Shown here: piece after piece, positions 1-11,999 of the stretch | Layout of the letters: each line of letters begins with the position of its first letter | How positions within the stretch are numbered: position 1 is the stretch's first letter | DNA from: Octopus sinensis | Taxonomy: Eukaryota | Assembly: GCF_006345805.1 (NCBI RefSeq) | Contig: NW_021832162.1 | Location: 1 to 31,895 of the forward strand | DNA: 31,895 nucleotides | Direction of reading: 5' to 3' | The notes under the pieces: model-generated | Seen by the model: the letters and a program-made list of their open reading frames with translations, nothing else | Told to the model about the DNA's origin: nothing | Databases searched by the model: none | Translations under genes and position numbers: made by a program

Positions 1-105
1 CCTGATTCTCTCGTGTCATATCTTGATGGCAGACTGAATGCGCGTAGACAGTTCTAATTAGACACATCGTTAGCCATAAAAGAAATGACACTGACTATTT
101 ACATA

Positions 106-144
106 TTATATATATACTGATATATATATTATGTGTATATATAT

Positions 145-180
<36 letters not shown>

Positions 181-228
181 TAATTTGTGTGTGTATATAT
201 ATGAATATCTATATGTACACACAGACAC

Positions 229-264
<36 letters not shown>

Positions 265-385
265 GTATTTATTATATGACATATATATGTATATGGGTAC
301 ACATATATGTTTATGTATACATATATATATATTTATGCGTGTATATATATATATATATATATACATGTGTGTATGTGTGTGTGTA
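106..385. repeat. Compound (TA)n/(TG)n microsatellite
   Basis: Directly visible dinucleotide runs; the YI/CV-rich ORFs here are artefacts of these runs. Confidence 0.97.
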
Positions 386-1166
386 CAGGGTGCAGTGAAT
401 ATATTCTCATCTAAGTTACGCAAAAATGAAAATAACACTGACATCTCATTTTAACAGATGTATTTACCAAAATTACATAAAAATATCTTGAAATACTAAA
501 GAGTAATTTATTCAATGAAATCGCCATTGGTTCCAGACAGCTTTGGAATGTCCTGCAACTCTTCTGGGCGGTCTCCTTATTTAAGTTGGTGAATGATGCC
601 ATAATCCTTAGTTCATCTTTGGTGTTACAAGGAGTTTTGTTGGTCTCTCTCTCAACTGTACCCCACACATAATAATGAAGTGGGGCTACAGTCTGGGGAG
701 TTGGGTGGCCAGGTGTTAGGGGTGATGTGGTTGCAGAAATTGCCTGACAGCCACGACTGAGTTCTCTTGCTTGTGTGGCATGGTGCAGAGTCCTGTTGCC
801 AGACATAGGGACTTCCAGCAGCTACCCTCTTGACCCCGTGCAGCACTACCTCCATGTTGAGTCTGAGGCTGTGTGGAAAGATGGATGGAGTTAAAACGTT
901 ACCATCACTAGTGATCCCTCCAAACACCATGATGTTGACTGGATGTTTGATTTTTACCTCTCTTGAAACATGTCCTCAGATTGACACCCAAACAGCATGT
1001 CATTACGAAATTTCTGGCAGAGTGAATTGCGTCATGGTGCTCTTTTTCTCACCGACAGTGCCCAACTGATCCTACTATACTATGTAGTCAACAAAATCAA
1101 AAACAAACAATGCGCATTCTCGAAATTAATAGTATAAAATGGCGACAATTTACCCATCGCACTCTG
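386..1166 (-). mobile_element. Internally deleted Tc1/mariner element, DD37D (maT/Bmmar1-like) type
   Basis: TA then CAGGGTGCAGTG at 386; imperfect inverted end at 1147-1166 (14/20 match). Minus strand reads KHPVNIMVFG...YVWQQDSAPCHTS...WPPNSPDCSP, then after a +1 base at 681 LHYYVWGTVE. There are 37 residues between the second D and the third catalytic position, now GAT>CAT. Confidence 0.88.
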
Positions 1167-1240
1167 TGTGAGTGTTTGTATATATATATATATATATATT
1201 AGTACAAACATACCAGTTTACATGTATGTATGTGTGTGTG

Positions 1241-1450
1241 TATTTTACTTGTTTCAGTCATTGGACTGCGACCAAGCTGGAACACTACCTTAAAGGGTTT
1301 AGTTCAACAAATCAACACCAGTACTTGTCTTCTTAATGTCTGGTACTTATTATATTGGACTCCTTTTGACGAACTGCTAAGTTATTAGGACATAAACACA
1401 CCAACACTTGTTGTCAAGTTGTGAGGAGGAAAAACACGAACACAAAGACA
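1241..1450 (-). mobile_element. SINE family A, 3' half
   Basis: Reverse complement matches the 3' half of the full copy at 7963-8366 (gctccagcatggccgcagtcaaatgactgaaacaagtaaaa tail). Confidence 0.85.
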
Positions 1451-1689
1451 TACACACATAAACATATATATATACATATACATATACAGAGATATATATA
1501 TGTGTGTATATATATACACACACATATATATATTTGTATGTATGTATGTGTATATAATTATAGATATATGTATATGAGTGTGTATATATTTTATAAATAG
1601 TACATATGTATATTTATATGGATCTATAAGGATGTGTGTGTGTATGTATGTATATATGTATATATATATTTACACACACACGCACTCCT

Positions 1690-1851
1690 GGAGTGGTTGG
1701 CATTAGGAAAGGCAAATCCAGCTGAAGAAACCATGCCAAATCATACTGGAACCGGGTGCAGCTCTCTGGTTCATCAACTCCAGTCGAACTGTTTAACCCA
1801 TGCCAGTTTGGAGAGCGGACATTAAATGATGATGATGATGATGATGATGAT
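1690..1851 (+). mobile_element. SINE/non-autonomous retroposon family D with (GAT)n tail
   Basis: ggagtggttggcattaggaaaggc...acccatgccagtttggagagcggacattaaatgatgatgat; related pieces at 4315-4470, 9725-9773, 10022-10200, 26420-26606 and 30905-31060. Confidence 0.8.
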
Positions 1852-1868
1852 ATACATGTGTGTGTGTA

Positions 1869-1899
<31 letters not shown>

Positions 1900-2372
1900 A
1901 ATTTTGCATGTCATTCGTTAATAATTCACCGAGTTTTCCACCAATCCCACGCTGTCCTCTGTATATATATCTACATGCAATGTATATTTGTATGCATGTA
2001 TGTATGTATGTATGTATGTATGTGTGTAATATATGTATGTAACGTATGTATGTACATGTGTGTGATTGTATGTATGTATAATATATATGTATATATATAT
2101 ATAGAGAGAGAGAGAGTAAAAGAGTGAGAATGAGATAGGTAGGTAGATAGCTAGAGACAGACATACATGCATACATAAAGATATACATATATACATGCTT
2201 GCATACATACAGACACATATACACACACATACATACATACATGCATACACACACGCGCACACATGCATTCGTACATACACATATACACATAACACACACA
2301 CACATCCATCCACCCATCCATCCAGCCATGTATACATACATACATACATGCATGCATGCATGCATGCATACA

Positions 2373-2406
<34 letters not shown>

Positions 2407-2445
2407 CATACATACATACATACATACATACCTACATCCATTCAT
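1852..2445. repeat. Compound (TG)n/(TATG)n/(TACA)n microsatellites
   Basis: Directly visible. Confidence 0.95.
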
Positions 2446-2504
2446 ACATGTTCTTTTACTAGAGTCAGAATTAATTCATTTAATTGTGCTGATGCAGGGG
2501 CACC

Positions 2505-2680
2505 AACTTTAAAGGGCATCACTGAAGTTGATTAAATTGGCCCCTGGTACTACTTATCTTTAAGGATGAAAGGTAAAGCCAACTCCACTGAGATTTGAAC
2601 TCAGAATGCAGAGGGCAGTAATTAAATATCTCAAAGCTTTTTCTGGAATGCTCAACCACCTCAGCTAATCTCTAAATGCA
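2505..2680 (-). mobile_element. Degenerate SINE family B
   Basis: aaggatgaaaggtaaagcc...gatttgaactcagaatg resembles the better copy at 5827-6010 (B-box GTTCAAAT on minus). Confidence 0.65.
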
Positions 2681-2714
2681 TTTAAATCAAATCATATGTA
2701 TTGAAATTAGCTTC

Positions 2715-2876
2715 ACATATACACACGCACACGCACACACACGCACTCATATTTGCATATACACGCACCTATATATGTGTGTGTGTGTATGTGCATGTGT
2801 GTATGTGTGTGTGTGTATCTATCTATTGATCTATCTGTCTATTTATATATATATGTGTGTGTGTACCTATCTATCT

Positions 2877-2918
<42 letters not shown>

Positions 2919-2930
2919 GATCTATCTGTC

Positions 2931-2975
<45 letters not shown>

Positions 2976-3448
2976 ATGTGTATCTATCAATCTATTTATC
3001 TATCTGTCTATCTATATGTGTGTGTGTGTGCGTGTGTATCTATCTATCTATCTATCTATATATCTGTCTATATGTGTGTGTGTATCTATCAATCTAACTA
3101 TCTGTCTATCTATATATATATATGTGGGCAGGTGTATTAATGTATATACGTACACACATGCAAATACACATATACATACATACACACACACACACAAACA
3201 TACTCACATGCACCTACAGGTACATACACTCACATGTCATAAATATACATACAATGCACATGTGCGCACATACATATAGAAACATGCATACGCATCTGCT
3301 CTAACACATACACATATACATTTACACACACATGTATGCATACACACACATATCCATACACACATTCAAGCACCTATATATGCATATACATGCTTACAAA
3401 CACACACAAACAAATTCATACAAATGTATATGTGTGTGTATGTGTGTG

Positions 3449-3479
<31 letters not shown>

Positions 3480-3539
3480 ATGCAATAATAAATCTCTAAA
3501 CGAGATTTACATATATATACATATATACACATTGTGTGT

Positions 3540-3576
<37 letters not shown>

Positions 3577-3682
3577 TGTGTGTATATAGACATATATATA
3601 TATATATACACACATATATATGTGTGTGTAAGTGTATGTACATATATATACATATATATGTATATACACACACACACACATA

Positions 3683-3718
<36 letters not shown>

Positions 3719-3760
3719 TATAAAAATATACATATATATATATATATATCAACAATGCAG
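2715..3760. repeat. Compound (TATC)n/(TG)n/(CA)n/(TA)n microsatellites
   Basis: Directly visible. Confidence 0.95.
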
Positions 3761-4070
3761 GCATGCATACGCATTTTTTTTTTTTTCATCCTTGGTATAT
3801 TAAAAATTTAATTAACTTATTAATGAGATGTAATTATTTAGAAGAATATGTTTTTGTTTATATTCGTATGGAATATATTGCATTGTGAAAGATGGAGAAA
3901 TATGGACTGAGAGGAAGATGAGACAGAGGGCAAGAGGGATAGAGAGAGAGGGAGGAAGAAAGTGAATGTGTGTGTGTGTGTATGTGTGAGTGTGTAGATG
4001 TATGAATTGGTGTTGGTGGGAGTAATTGTGTGTGTGAATATTTGAGTATGGATGTGTGTGCATGTGTGCG

Positions 4071-4156
<86 letters not shown>

Positions 4157-4314
4157 TAGAGAGAGAGATATGTAGATAGATAGATTGATAGATAGATAGG
4201 TAGATCGATAGATAGATAAATGGATTGATGGATAAATGGATTGATGGATAAATGGATTGGTGGATAGATAGACAGAGATATATATACATGTGTGTGTACA
4301 CACACATGTGTATA

Positions 4315-4470
4315 CATCATCATCATCATCATCATCATTACCATTGCTCCTATGTCTGTTTTTCCATGCCTTCTTCTTTGATCTCCTGCCATGGGTTCAA
4401 CAAAATTTATTGATGCAGTAACTGGTGTCTGGATCCTCTTCCTATCACCACAATTATTTTGCCAGAAGAT
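4315..4470 (-). mobile_element. Degenerate family D retroposon
   Basis: (CAT)n tail followed by tgtctgtttttccatgcc...catgggttcaac, the reverse complement of 1690-1851. Confidence 0.6.
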
Positions 4471-4537
4471 ATGTATCTGTATATGTGTATGTCTATCTAC
4501 TTATGTGAATGTGTCTATGTATGTATGTATGTACGTA

Positions 4538-5789
4538 CACAGACATGACAGAAGTAAATAGACACCCTTATAATCATTAAAATTTAATTTAAATCTGAAA
4601 TTATACAATCAAATTATTTATTAATTGTTATAATGTGAATATTTAATATTTAGTAGATATGCCCCTTGCTTTTTCAATGCAAGGACCCAATTAGGCATGC
4701 TACTGATCAGATGATGAATATTCTCTTGAGGAATTTCTTTCCAAGTTCCATGCAATTAATCTCAAAAGATCTGGCTTTGAAGATGCTTTCTTGTTCTTTA
4801 TATGAATTGTCCTGTCCATTATATCCCAGAGGTATTCAGTAGGGTTTATATCTGGTGACTGGCTTGGCCATGGAAGCTTTTTGATGTCATTCTCATCCAA
4901 CAAGTCTTGGATCATTTTAGCTGTGTGACAAGGAGTCCTTTCTTCCATAAATAAAGAGCCTTCTTTAATCATTTCACCAATGGAGAAGATTGGAAGGAGT
5001 CCTTTCTGCAATATGGACACATATTTATCTGAGTTTATGTTTCCCTGACACTCCACCAGCTCTGATCAACCATTGCTCCAAATTGCTCCCCAAACCATCA
5101 CAGAATAGTTGCCATGATTCATTGTTGGCTGCAATCTTTTCACATCAAATTCTTGATCACAGATACTCAAGACCCACACTCAACCACTGTCTAGAAACAC
5201 AGCAAATCTGGACTCATCAGAGAATATGACAGTGTTCCAAAATGCTAGTGGCCTCTCCACCATCTCACTGGCCCAATCTTTTCTCCACTTGATGTTGGCT
5301 GGTCAATGAAGTGGCTTCCTTCTTGCTGCTCTGCCATCATCACCAAGTTTGTGGGGATACCTGACAGCTGTTCTGGAACTAACATCAACTTGTTCTGCTA
5401 TGTTAGAGACCTTGCAATGAGGATTATCCCCCACACTTCACTTAACAAAGAGAAGGGTCCTGTCAGAGGACCCCGGTTGATCTGGGTGAGGTGATGTGGA
5501 CTCCTCTTCCTCTTTGGTGAATTGCACCATCACTCTATTAACTGTAGAAAGCGGGTCTCAAGGTTATCTGCAATTTTATGCTAAGTCCACCTTCAGAATG
5601 ACCCACAATACAGCCTCTTTGAAATTCAGACAGTTCCAAGGCTTCATTCGTACATGGCATGATTAAGCAGTCATATATAGAACCTGAAACATAAAAATGT
5701 CAATTAATAAAAAATGTAAACCATTACAAGTTAAAATAAACATAAAACGATGTTTTATGGGGTGTCTATTTACTTCTGTCGTGTGTGTG
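4538..5789 (-). mobile_element. Near-full-length Tc1 (DD34E) DNA transposon, 1252 bp
   Basis: 30-bp TIRs matching 28/30 (CACAGACATGACAGAAGTAAATAGACACCC at 4538-4567; inverted copy 5760-5789); TA at the left flank. Confidence 0.93.
4643..5660 (-). pseudogene. Tc1 transposase pseudogene
   Basis: ATG at 5660: MPCTNEALELSEFQRGCIVG (HTH)...VIFSDESRF (D1 at 5216-5218)...SVMVWGAI...LFMEERTPCHTA (D2>E)...WPSQSPDINPTE (34-residue spacing)...KY-stop. Several in-frame stops and frameshifts. Confidence 0.92.
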
Positions 5790-5791
5790 CA

Positions 5792-5826
<35 letters not shown>

Positions 5827-5827
<1 letters not shown>

Positions 5828-6010
5828 CTTTTCTGGGAAGAGGGCCAGTCGATTAGATCGACTCCAGTATGCAACTGGTACTTAATTTATTGACCCTGAA
5901 AGGATGAAAGGCAGAGGTAACCTTGGTGGAATTTGAACTCAGAATGTAAAGACAGACGAAATTCTGCTAAGCATTTCACCCAGCATGCTAACATTTCTGC
6001 CAGCTCACCC
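5827..6010 (-). mobile_element. tRNA-derived SINE family B
   Basis: Minus strand gggtgagctggcagaaatgttagc...gttctgagttcaaattccacc (A and B boxes)...gcctttcatcctttcagggtc...taagtaccagttgc. Confidence 0.88.
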
Positions 6011-6033
6011 TTTTTTGATAATTGGCAGCAGTG

Positions 6034-6321
6034 ATATACATACATACATACATACATACATACATACATACATACATACAAACATACATACATGCTTGCA
6101 TGCATGCATACATACATACATACAAACATACATACATACATGCTTGCATGCATGCATACATCATACATACATACATACCTACATCAACATACATACATAC
6201 ATACATACATACAGTTGCATCATGCATACTACATCATACAACATACATAGAATGCTTGCATGCTGCATACATACATACATACATACATACATACATACAT
6301 ACATACAGATAGATAGGAAGC

Positions 6322-6370
<49 letters not shown>

Positions 6371-6560
6371 TGATAGATAGATATAGATATGTACATATGT
6401 ATGTATGTATTTTTATATACCTATGTGTAGACATACATAGATCTATATATATATATATGTGTGTATATATATATATAAGCACAAATATATACACAGAAAT
6501 ACATCTGTCTCTCGATAAATATATGTGTGTGTGGATATTTATATTTATATATACAGGTGG
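6034..6560. repeat. (TACA)n and (TAGA)n microsatellites
   Basis: Directly visible, with a short internal duplication of catacaaacatacatacatgcttgcatgcatgcatac. Confidence 0.95.
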
Positions 6561-6789
6561 GGTTCTGAAACAGGTATGAATTTTTTATTAGATATGAAAT
6601 TACATTTGCATCCTGATGTATTCACATATGTAATGCATTTATCCACACAGGCATATTTCTATAAGAACAAAATCATATGAACTCACACAATGTATAAATG
6701 TATATACACACTTACATGCATGTATGTATGTGTGTCTCTGTGATGGTAATCTGAGAAAGACAGTTCTATAATTTCTTGCTGAGCAACCT

Positions 6790-7036
6790 GCTCAAATGCC
6801 TTGTTTATTGTGATTGAATGTATGTGCCGCACATAGGTTCATTCCTTCCATCAAATTGACGTTGCCTCCACAGGTACACAATTGTGCCACCTGTCAGGTG
6901 TCAAAATGATTGCAGAGCAATGTGCGATAAAGTGTTTTGCTGAAGAACACAAAGTACCGCCCGATCCAGGAAATGAAACTACAATCTCACTGTGATGGCT
7001 ACAACACCCTAAAACCACTAGGCTATCTGCTTTCAC
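6790..7036 (-). mobile_element. tRNA-derived SINE family C (CORE-like central domain)
   Basis: Minus strand has a tRNA-like head (gtgaaagcagatagcctagtggttttaggg...gtttcatttcc) then tgtgttcttcagcaaaacactttatcgcacattgctc, a CORE-SINE-type segment. Confidence 0.7.
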
Positions 7037-7081
7037 ACACACACACACATGTGTGTGTGTGTGTGTGTGTATATATATTAT

Positions 7082-7136
<55 letters not shown>

Positions 7137-7311
7137 ATATTATATATATATAACATAAGTTGGAACAAAAAAAACAAACAAAAGACAAAGACGGTGTGTA
7201 AACAACAAACGGATGTACTTTTTAATGCTCGGAAGTGAGAAGTCCTTTATGTTCGAGCCTATACTCTTCAGCAGAAAGGAACATGAGAAAATAAACAGAG
7301 TGAGAAAATAC

Positions 7312-7348
<37 letters not shown>

Positions 7349-7962
7349 TATATATATAGATATATATACATTATAATATAATATATATATATATGCATAT
7401 ATTTATATATACATATATATATATATATATAATATATATATATGCATATATTTATATATACATATATATATATATATCTACATACATACGTACATAAATA
7501 TATATAAAGAGAGAGAGGGAGAGGAGTGGGTGTATGCTCACACATACACACATACATAGATACACACACACACAGGCATGTGCACATACATACACTTATG
7601 CACACATGCACACACAAGCACATGTGTATAAATTCTGTTAACCAAGATCTCGAGCATTTGCTTTCGGACTGTGTTCGTGGCCATGTTGCTGTTGTGTGCC
7701 CTAAATTTCAACACAGAACGCAATATATTTAAACGGGAAGTGAATTTGTGTTTAATTTGAAGTGTTTAAATACTTTGGCTCTTCCTTGATGTAGTCGCTA
7801 AAAATGCACACGTGCGTGCATGCGTGCATGTGTGTGTTTACATCAATAAATAGCTAGCTAGATAGACTGACAGGCAGACAGATAGAGAGACAGACAGACA
7901 AACAAACAGACAGATGGATGAATGAATGGCTACAGATACATACATACATATATATATATATA

Positions 7963-8366
7963 GACGCATGAGTGGCTGTGTGGTAAGTAGCTTGCTTACC
8001 AACCACATGGTTCCGGGTTCAGTCCCACTGCGTGGCATCTTGGGCAAGTGTCTTCTACTATAGCCTCAGGCCTATAATGCCTTGTGAGTGGATTTGGTAG
8101 ACGGAAACTGAAAGAAGCCTGTCGTATATATGTATATATATATATATGTGTATGTATATTTGTGTCTGTGTTTGTCCCCCTAGCATTGTTTGACAACCAA
8201 TGTTGGTGTGTTTATGTCCCCGTCACTTAGCGGTTCAGCAAAAGAGACCAATAGAATAAGTACTGGGCTTATAAAGAATAAGTCCCGGGGTCGATTTGCT
8301 CGACTAAAGGCGGTGCTCCAGCATGGCCGCAGTCAAATGACTGAATCAAGTAAAAGAGTAAAAGAG
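7963..8366 (+). mobile_element. Full-length tRNA-derived SINE family A (Octopus type)
   Basis: A box TGGCTGTGTGG, B box GGTTCAGTCCC, CORE-like cttgggcaagtgtctt, internal (TA)n/(TG)n tract, 3' tail gtaaaagagtaaaagag; many homologous copies in this window. Confidence 0.95.
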
Positions 8367-8529
8367 TATATGCATACATTCCTGATGTACACACATATAC
8401 ACATGTGTATACATCTTTGCATTTAGAGGCTTTTCTTGTGTGTAAGTATGTGCACTTGCCTCTGCAACTGTTTATATTTATGCATTCATCTGTGTGTATG
8501 TTTGAATCTATCTGAGGAACATTTATATT

Positions 8530-8997
8530 TATATAAATGCTTTTCTGCCTGTGTGTTTGTTTGTATGTATATATATAATATATATAAATATGCATACATA
8601 TAAATATACATATGTGTGTGTGTGTATTTGTGTGTGTGTGTTTGTGTGTGTGTATGTATATATACATATGCTTATATATATATATATATATAAATATGTA
8701 TATATGTATTTATACATAAATATGTTTGTGTGTATATATATGTATATATATACACACATATATATATACATATATATATATGTGTGTGTGTGTATATATA
8801 TATACACATACACATATATACATATATAAATGTCTATATATATGTATGTATATATATATATATATATATTTATACATAAATATGTTTGTGTGATATATAT
8901 GTATATATATACACACACATATATATATACATATATATGTGTGTGTGTGTATATATATATATATATACACATGTATACATACATAAATGTATATATG

Positions 8998-9041
<44 letters not shown>

Positions 9042-9215
9042 ATATATGTAAACACACACATATATATGTGTGTGTGTGTGTATGTATGCATGTATAAAAA
9101 TTAACTATTTGTGTAATATGTGCTCATATATACATATATATATATATATGTACGCGTGCATGTGTGTGTGTATTTGTACATGTATACGTGCATGTGTGTG
9201 TGTCTGTGTGTCCCC
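8530..9215. repeat. Compound (TA)n/(TG)n microsatellite field
   Basis: Directly visible. Confidence 0.95.
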
Positions 9216-9249
9216 TATTATATTGTTCAAACACTGTCACACTTGACTG

Positions 9250-9480
9250 AATTGACTCACTGTGATAACTTTGGTTGACAGCTCCACTGATGCAGCAGAA
9301 ACGTCTCTGTAGACCTCATGTGGATGGTGCTGAAATAGCAACCTGCACCAACACCGTCTGCATGTGACACTACCAGAGAAAGATAGAATTTACAGCGCCA
9401 GATACTCACTTCACCATTAATAAATATTCCTGTACCATCGAATATACACGGTCGGTGAATAGCAACACTAATACCACAGA
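9250..9480 (+). mobile_element. Possible Penelope-like pseudo-LTR fragment with hammerhead-like motif
   Basis: CTGATG...GAAAC-hairpin-CTC followed by AATAAA (9419-9424), the layout typical of Penelope pLTRs; the core is degenerate. Confidence 0.35.
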
Positions 9481-9554
9481 TATATTTTTTATATATATAT
9501 GATATATACATACATATTTATACTACATACATATGTATATATATATATATATAT

Positions 9555-9603
<49 letters not shown>

Positions 9604-9680
9604 ATATTTATGTATATATATATGTATATCTAGATTTATGTATATATATTTATGTATATAATTATATATATATACACATG

Positions 9681-9725
<45 letters not shown>

Positions 9726-9970
9726 TCATCGTCATTTAACGTCCGTTTCTCCATGCTAGCATGGGTTGGACCAATATATATATATATACACACACACATA
9801 TATATATAGAGAGAGAGAGATAGATAGATAGACATACATGCATATACATACACATACATACACACAGACATACACATACATATATATATATATCAACAGC
9901 AGCATATATATATACACATGTGAATGCATGTGTGAGTATACGTGTGTGTATCTGTATGCATATATATGAG

Positions 9971-10011
<41 letters not shown>

Positions 10012-10021
10012 GCAATTGTAT

Positions 10022-10200
10022 TGTCGTCGTCATCATTCTTACATCCTGCTTTCCATGCTGGCACAAGTTGGATGGTCAGGAAGGATTTTACAGTTTGCAG
10101 AACCACATCCTGTTCCAGATTTTCAGTTTCAGCTTCGTTTCTACAGACTGGATGCTCTTCCTGAAGCCAACCACTTCACAATGTGTGCTGGAGGCATTTA
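10022..10200 (-). mobile_element. Family D retroposon
   Basis: (CAT/CGT)n tail, ctttccatgctggc...ctggatgctcttcctgaagccaaccac; reverse complement of 1690-1851. Confidence 0.75.
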
Positions 10201-10269
10201 AAAATTTGGGGGGGGGGGGTGGCCTTAATCTACCTGACATACATTTAGCCTTGCAAAACCACAATTTAA

Positions 10270-10770
10270 GTTAATGCACGGTGAGATGAGTAGGAACAGG
10301 TTTGTTGTGGGGGTGATTTATTGTTAGTTCATATTTTACAAGGGTGGGTCGAGTATGCGGAAAGATGTCACAAGATGAGGCCATGGTGGTGATGACGAGG
10401 TGTCGGAATGTAGCTTGAAGGTATCATACGCAAGAAGATGAACAGAAGAGAGCATGGAGATAAGAAAATCGGATAGCAAGGTTGAAAGAATGTGATGGGA
10501 GATTAGAAATGGATATAAACATGAGGGGAAGAATTGTAAACAGAGGTAAGGATACTGATAATAAGAATGAGGGATTCATGTCAATTGGGAGTAGCTAAGA
10601 GAAGAGGGGGTGATGACTGGCAGTACAGAAATGGTGATGTGAAACGGTTGGTGGTCAGAGGTACTAATTTTATTACTAACAGCAGAATAATACAGTAGAT
10701 AGGAGAGTGATGGAGGGTAAGTGATAGGGAGATGACAGATAGGGGTTTGAAGTTTGACAGTGTGTGTCAG
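10270..10770 (-). mobile_element. Decayed Penelope-like element: GIY-YIG C-terminus plus 3' UTR
   Basis: Minus strand SAVSNKISTSDHQPFHITISVLP...QL[shift]HESLIL...SPHVYIHF-stop resembles the Penelope C-terminal pattern PVAxHFxxxxHSxxDxxV...RKQLExxLI...PxGLNIxF-stop. An APE-endonuclease SDH reading is the weaker alternative. Confidence 0.5.
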
Positions 10771-10884
10771 AGAATACATCTATCTATCTATATGTGTGTT
10801 TGTGTGCATGCCTGTTCATGTGCATGTATGTATATATGCATATCTTTGTACTTTATTTATTTAGCTTTACAGCTAAATAAAATG

Positions 10885-10916
10885 ATAACTATCTATCTAG
10901 TCTTTTATCTATCTGC

Positions 10917-10986
<70 letters not shown>

Positions 10987-10992
10987 CTCTGC

Positions 10993-11037
<45 letters not shown>

Positions 11038-11053
11038 AATATCTATCTGTCTG

Positions 11054-11084
<31 letters not shown>

Positions 11085-11090
11085 CTCTGC

Positions 11091-11139
<49 letters not shown>

Positions 11140-11151
11140 AATATCTATCTG

Positions 11152-11186
<35 letters not shown>

Positions 11187-11225
11187 CTCTATCTATCTAT
11201 CTGTCTGTCTGTCTGTCTATCTATC
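10885..11225. repeat. (TATC)n tetranucleotide array with ~100-bp higher-order duplication
   Basis: Directly visible; the variant blocks ctctctgcctatct and atcaatatctatctgtc each occur twice. Confidence 0.95.
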
Positions 11226-11504
11226 TACTTGTGTGTGTTTATTGACCTGTCTGTTTACTACTAATGTATTTATATCTATATTATCTGTCTTTCTATATGT
11301 ATACATTTATATATACATATACATACATATACGATCACAGGCGTTAAACGGTGATGATGTTGATATATATGTGTGTGTGTGTGTGTATATATACACACAC
11401 ATACACATACATATTTATATATTATATGAATATTTACGTAAATGTATGTGTGTGTTTGTATAGATACTGATATACTTATGCTTGTATGTGTGTATATATA
11501 TACA

Positions 11505-11542
<38 letters not shown>

Positions 11543-11999
11543 GTGTGTGTGTGTGTTTGTGTGTATACATACACATATACATAGCGAAATCAGATAAGCT
11601 GATATATATTCATATGAAGCCTTCTATTCACTTCTGACCACTTGATCCATCTCTTTACCTATCCATCTACCTGTCCATCCGTCTGTCCCTCCATCCATCC
11701 ATCCATCCATCCATCCATACAACAACAAGTAAATCCAACACAACAACAACTTCTTCACAATATCAACTACATTTTAACATTTGCTACAAAAGAAGGCCAC
11801 ACACTTACTAACCTCCCCGCCACCACCGCCGCCGCCGCCACCACCGCCGCCGCCGCCACCAGCTCCGCTCCTCTGTCCACCAACTCTTGTCATCTCTATG
11901 TCATCGTTGTCATGGAGACATCCAACTTTGTGCAGTTTGCACAAAAACTTAAATAGCTTCTTTTATTTATTGCAAAGATTCCATCTCTGGCTTAACTAT

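Noticed and set aside
1-57. End of an upstream coding exon PDSLVSYLDGRLNARRQF-stop
   Set aside because: Only 18 codons at the window edge with no visible acceptor or recognisable motif; cannot be supported.
9261-9329. Minus-strand 69-nt exon HHPHEVYRDVSAASVELSTKVIT (tttcag acceptor, GTGAGT donor)
   Set aside because: Isolated, with no partner exons found, and it overlaps the probable repeat-derived hammerhead-like segment; not fully excluded.
10208-10219. G12 run as a functional G-quadruplex
   Set aside because: A single homopolymer at a repeat junction with no supporting context; homopolymer length is also error-prone.
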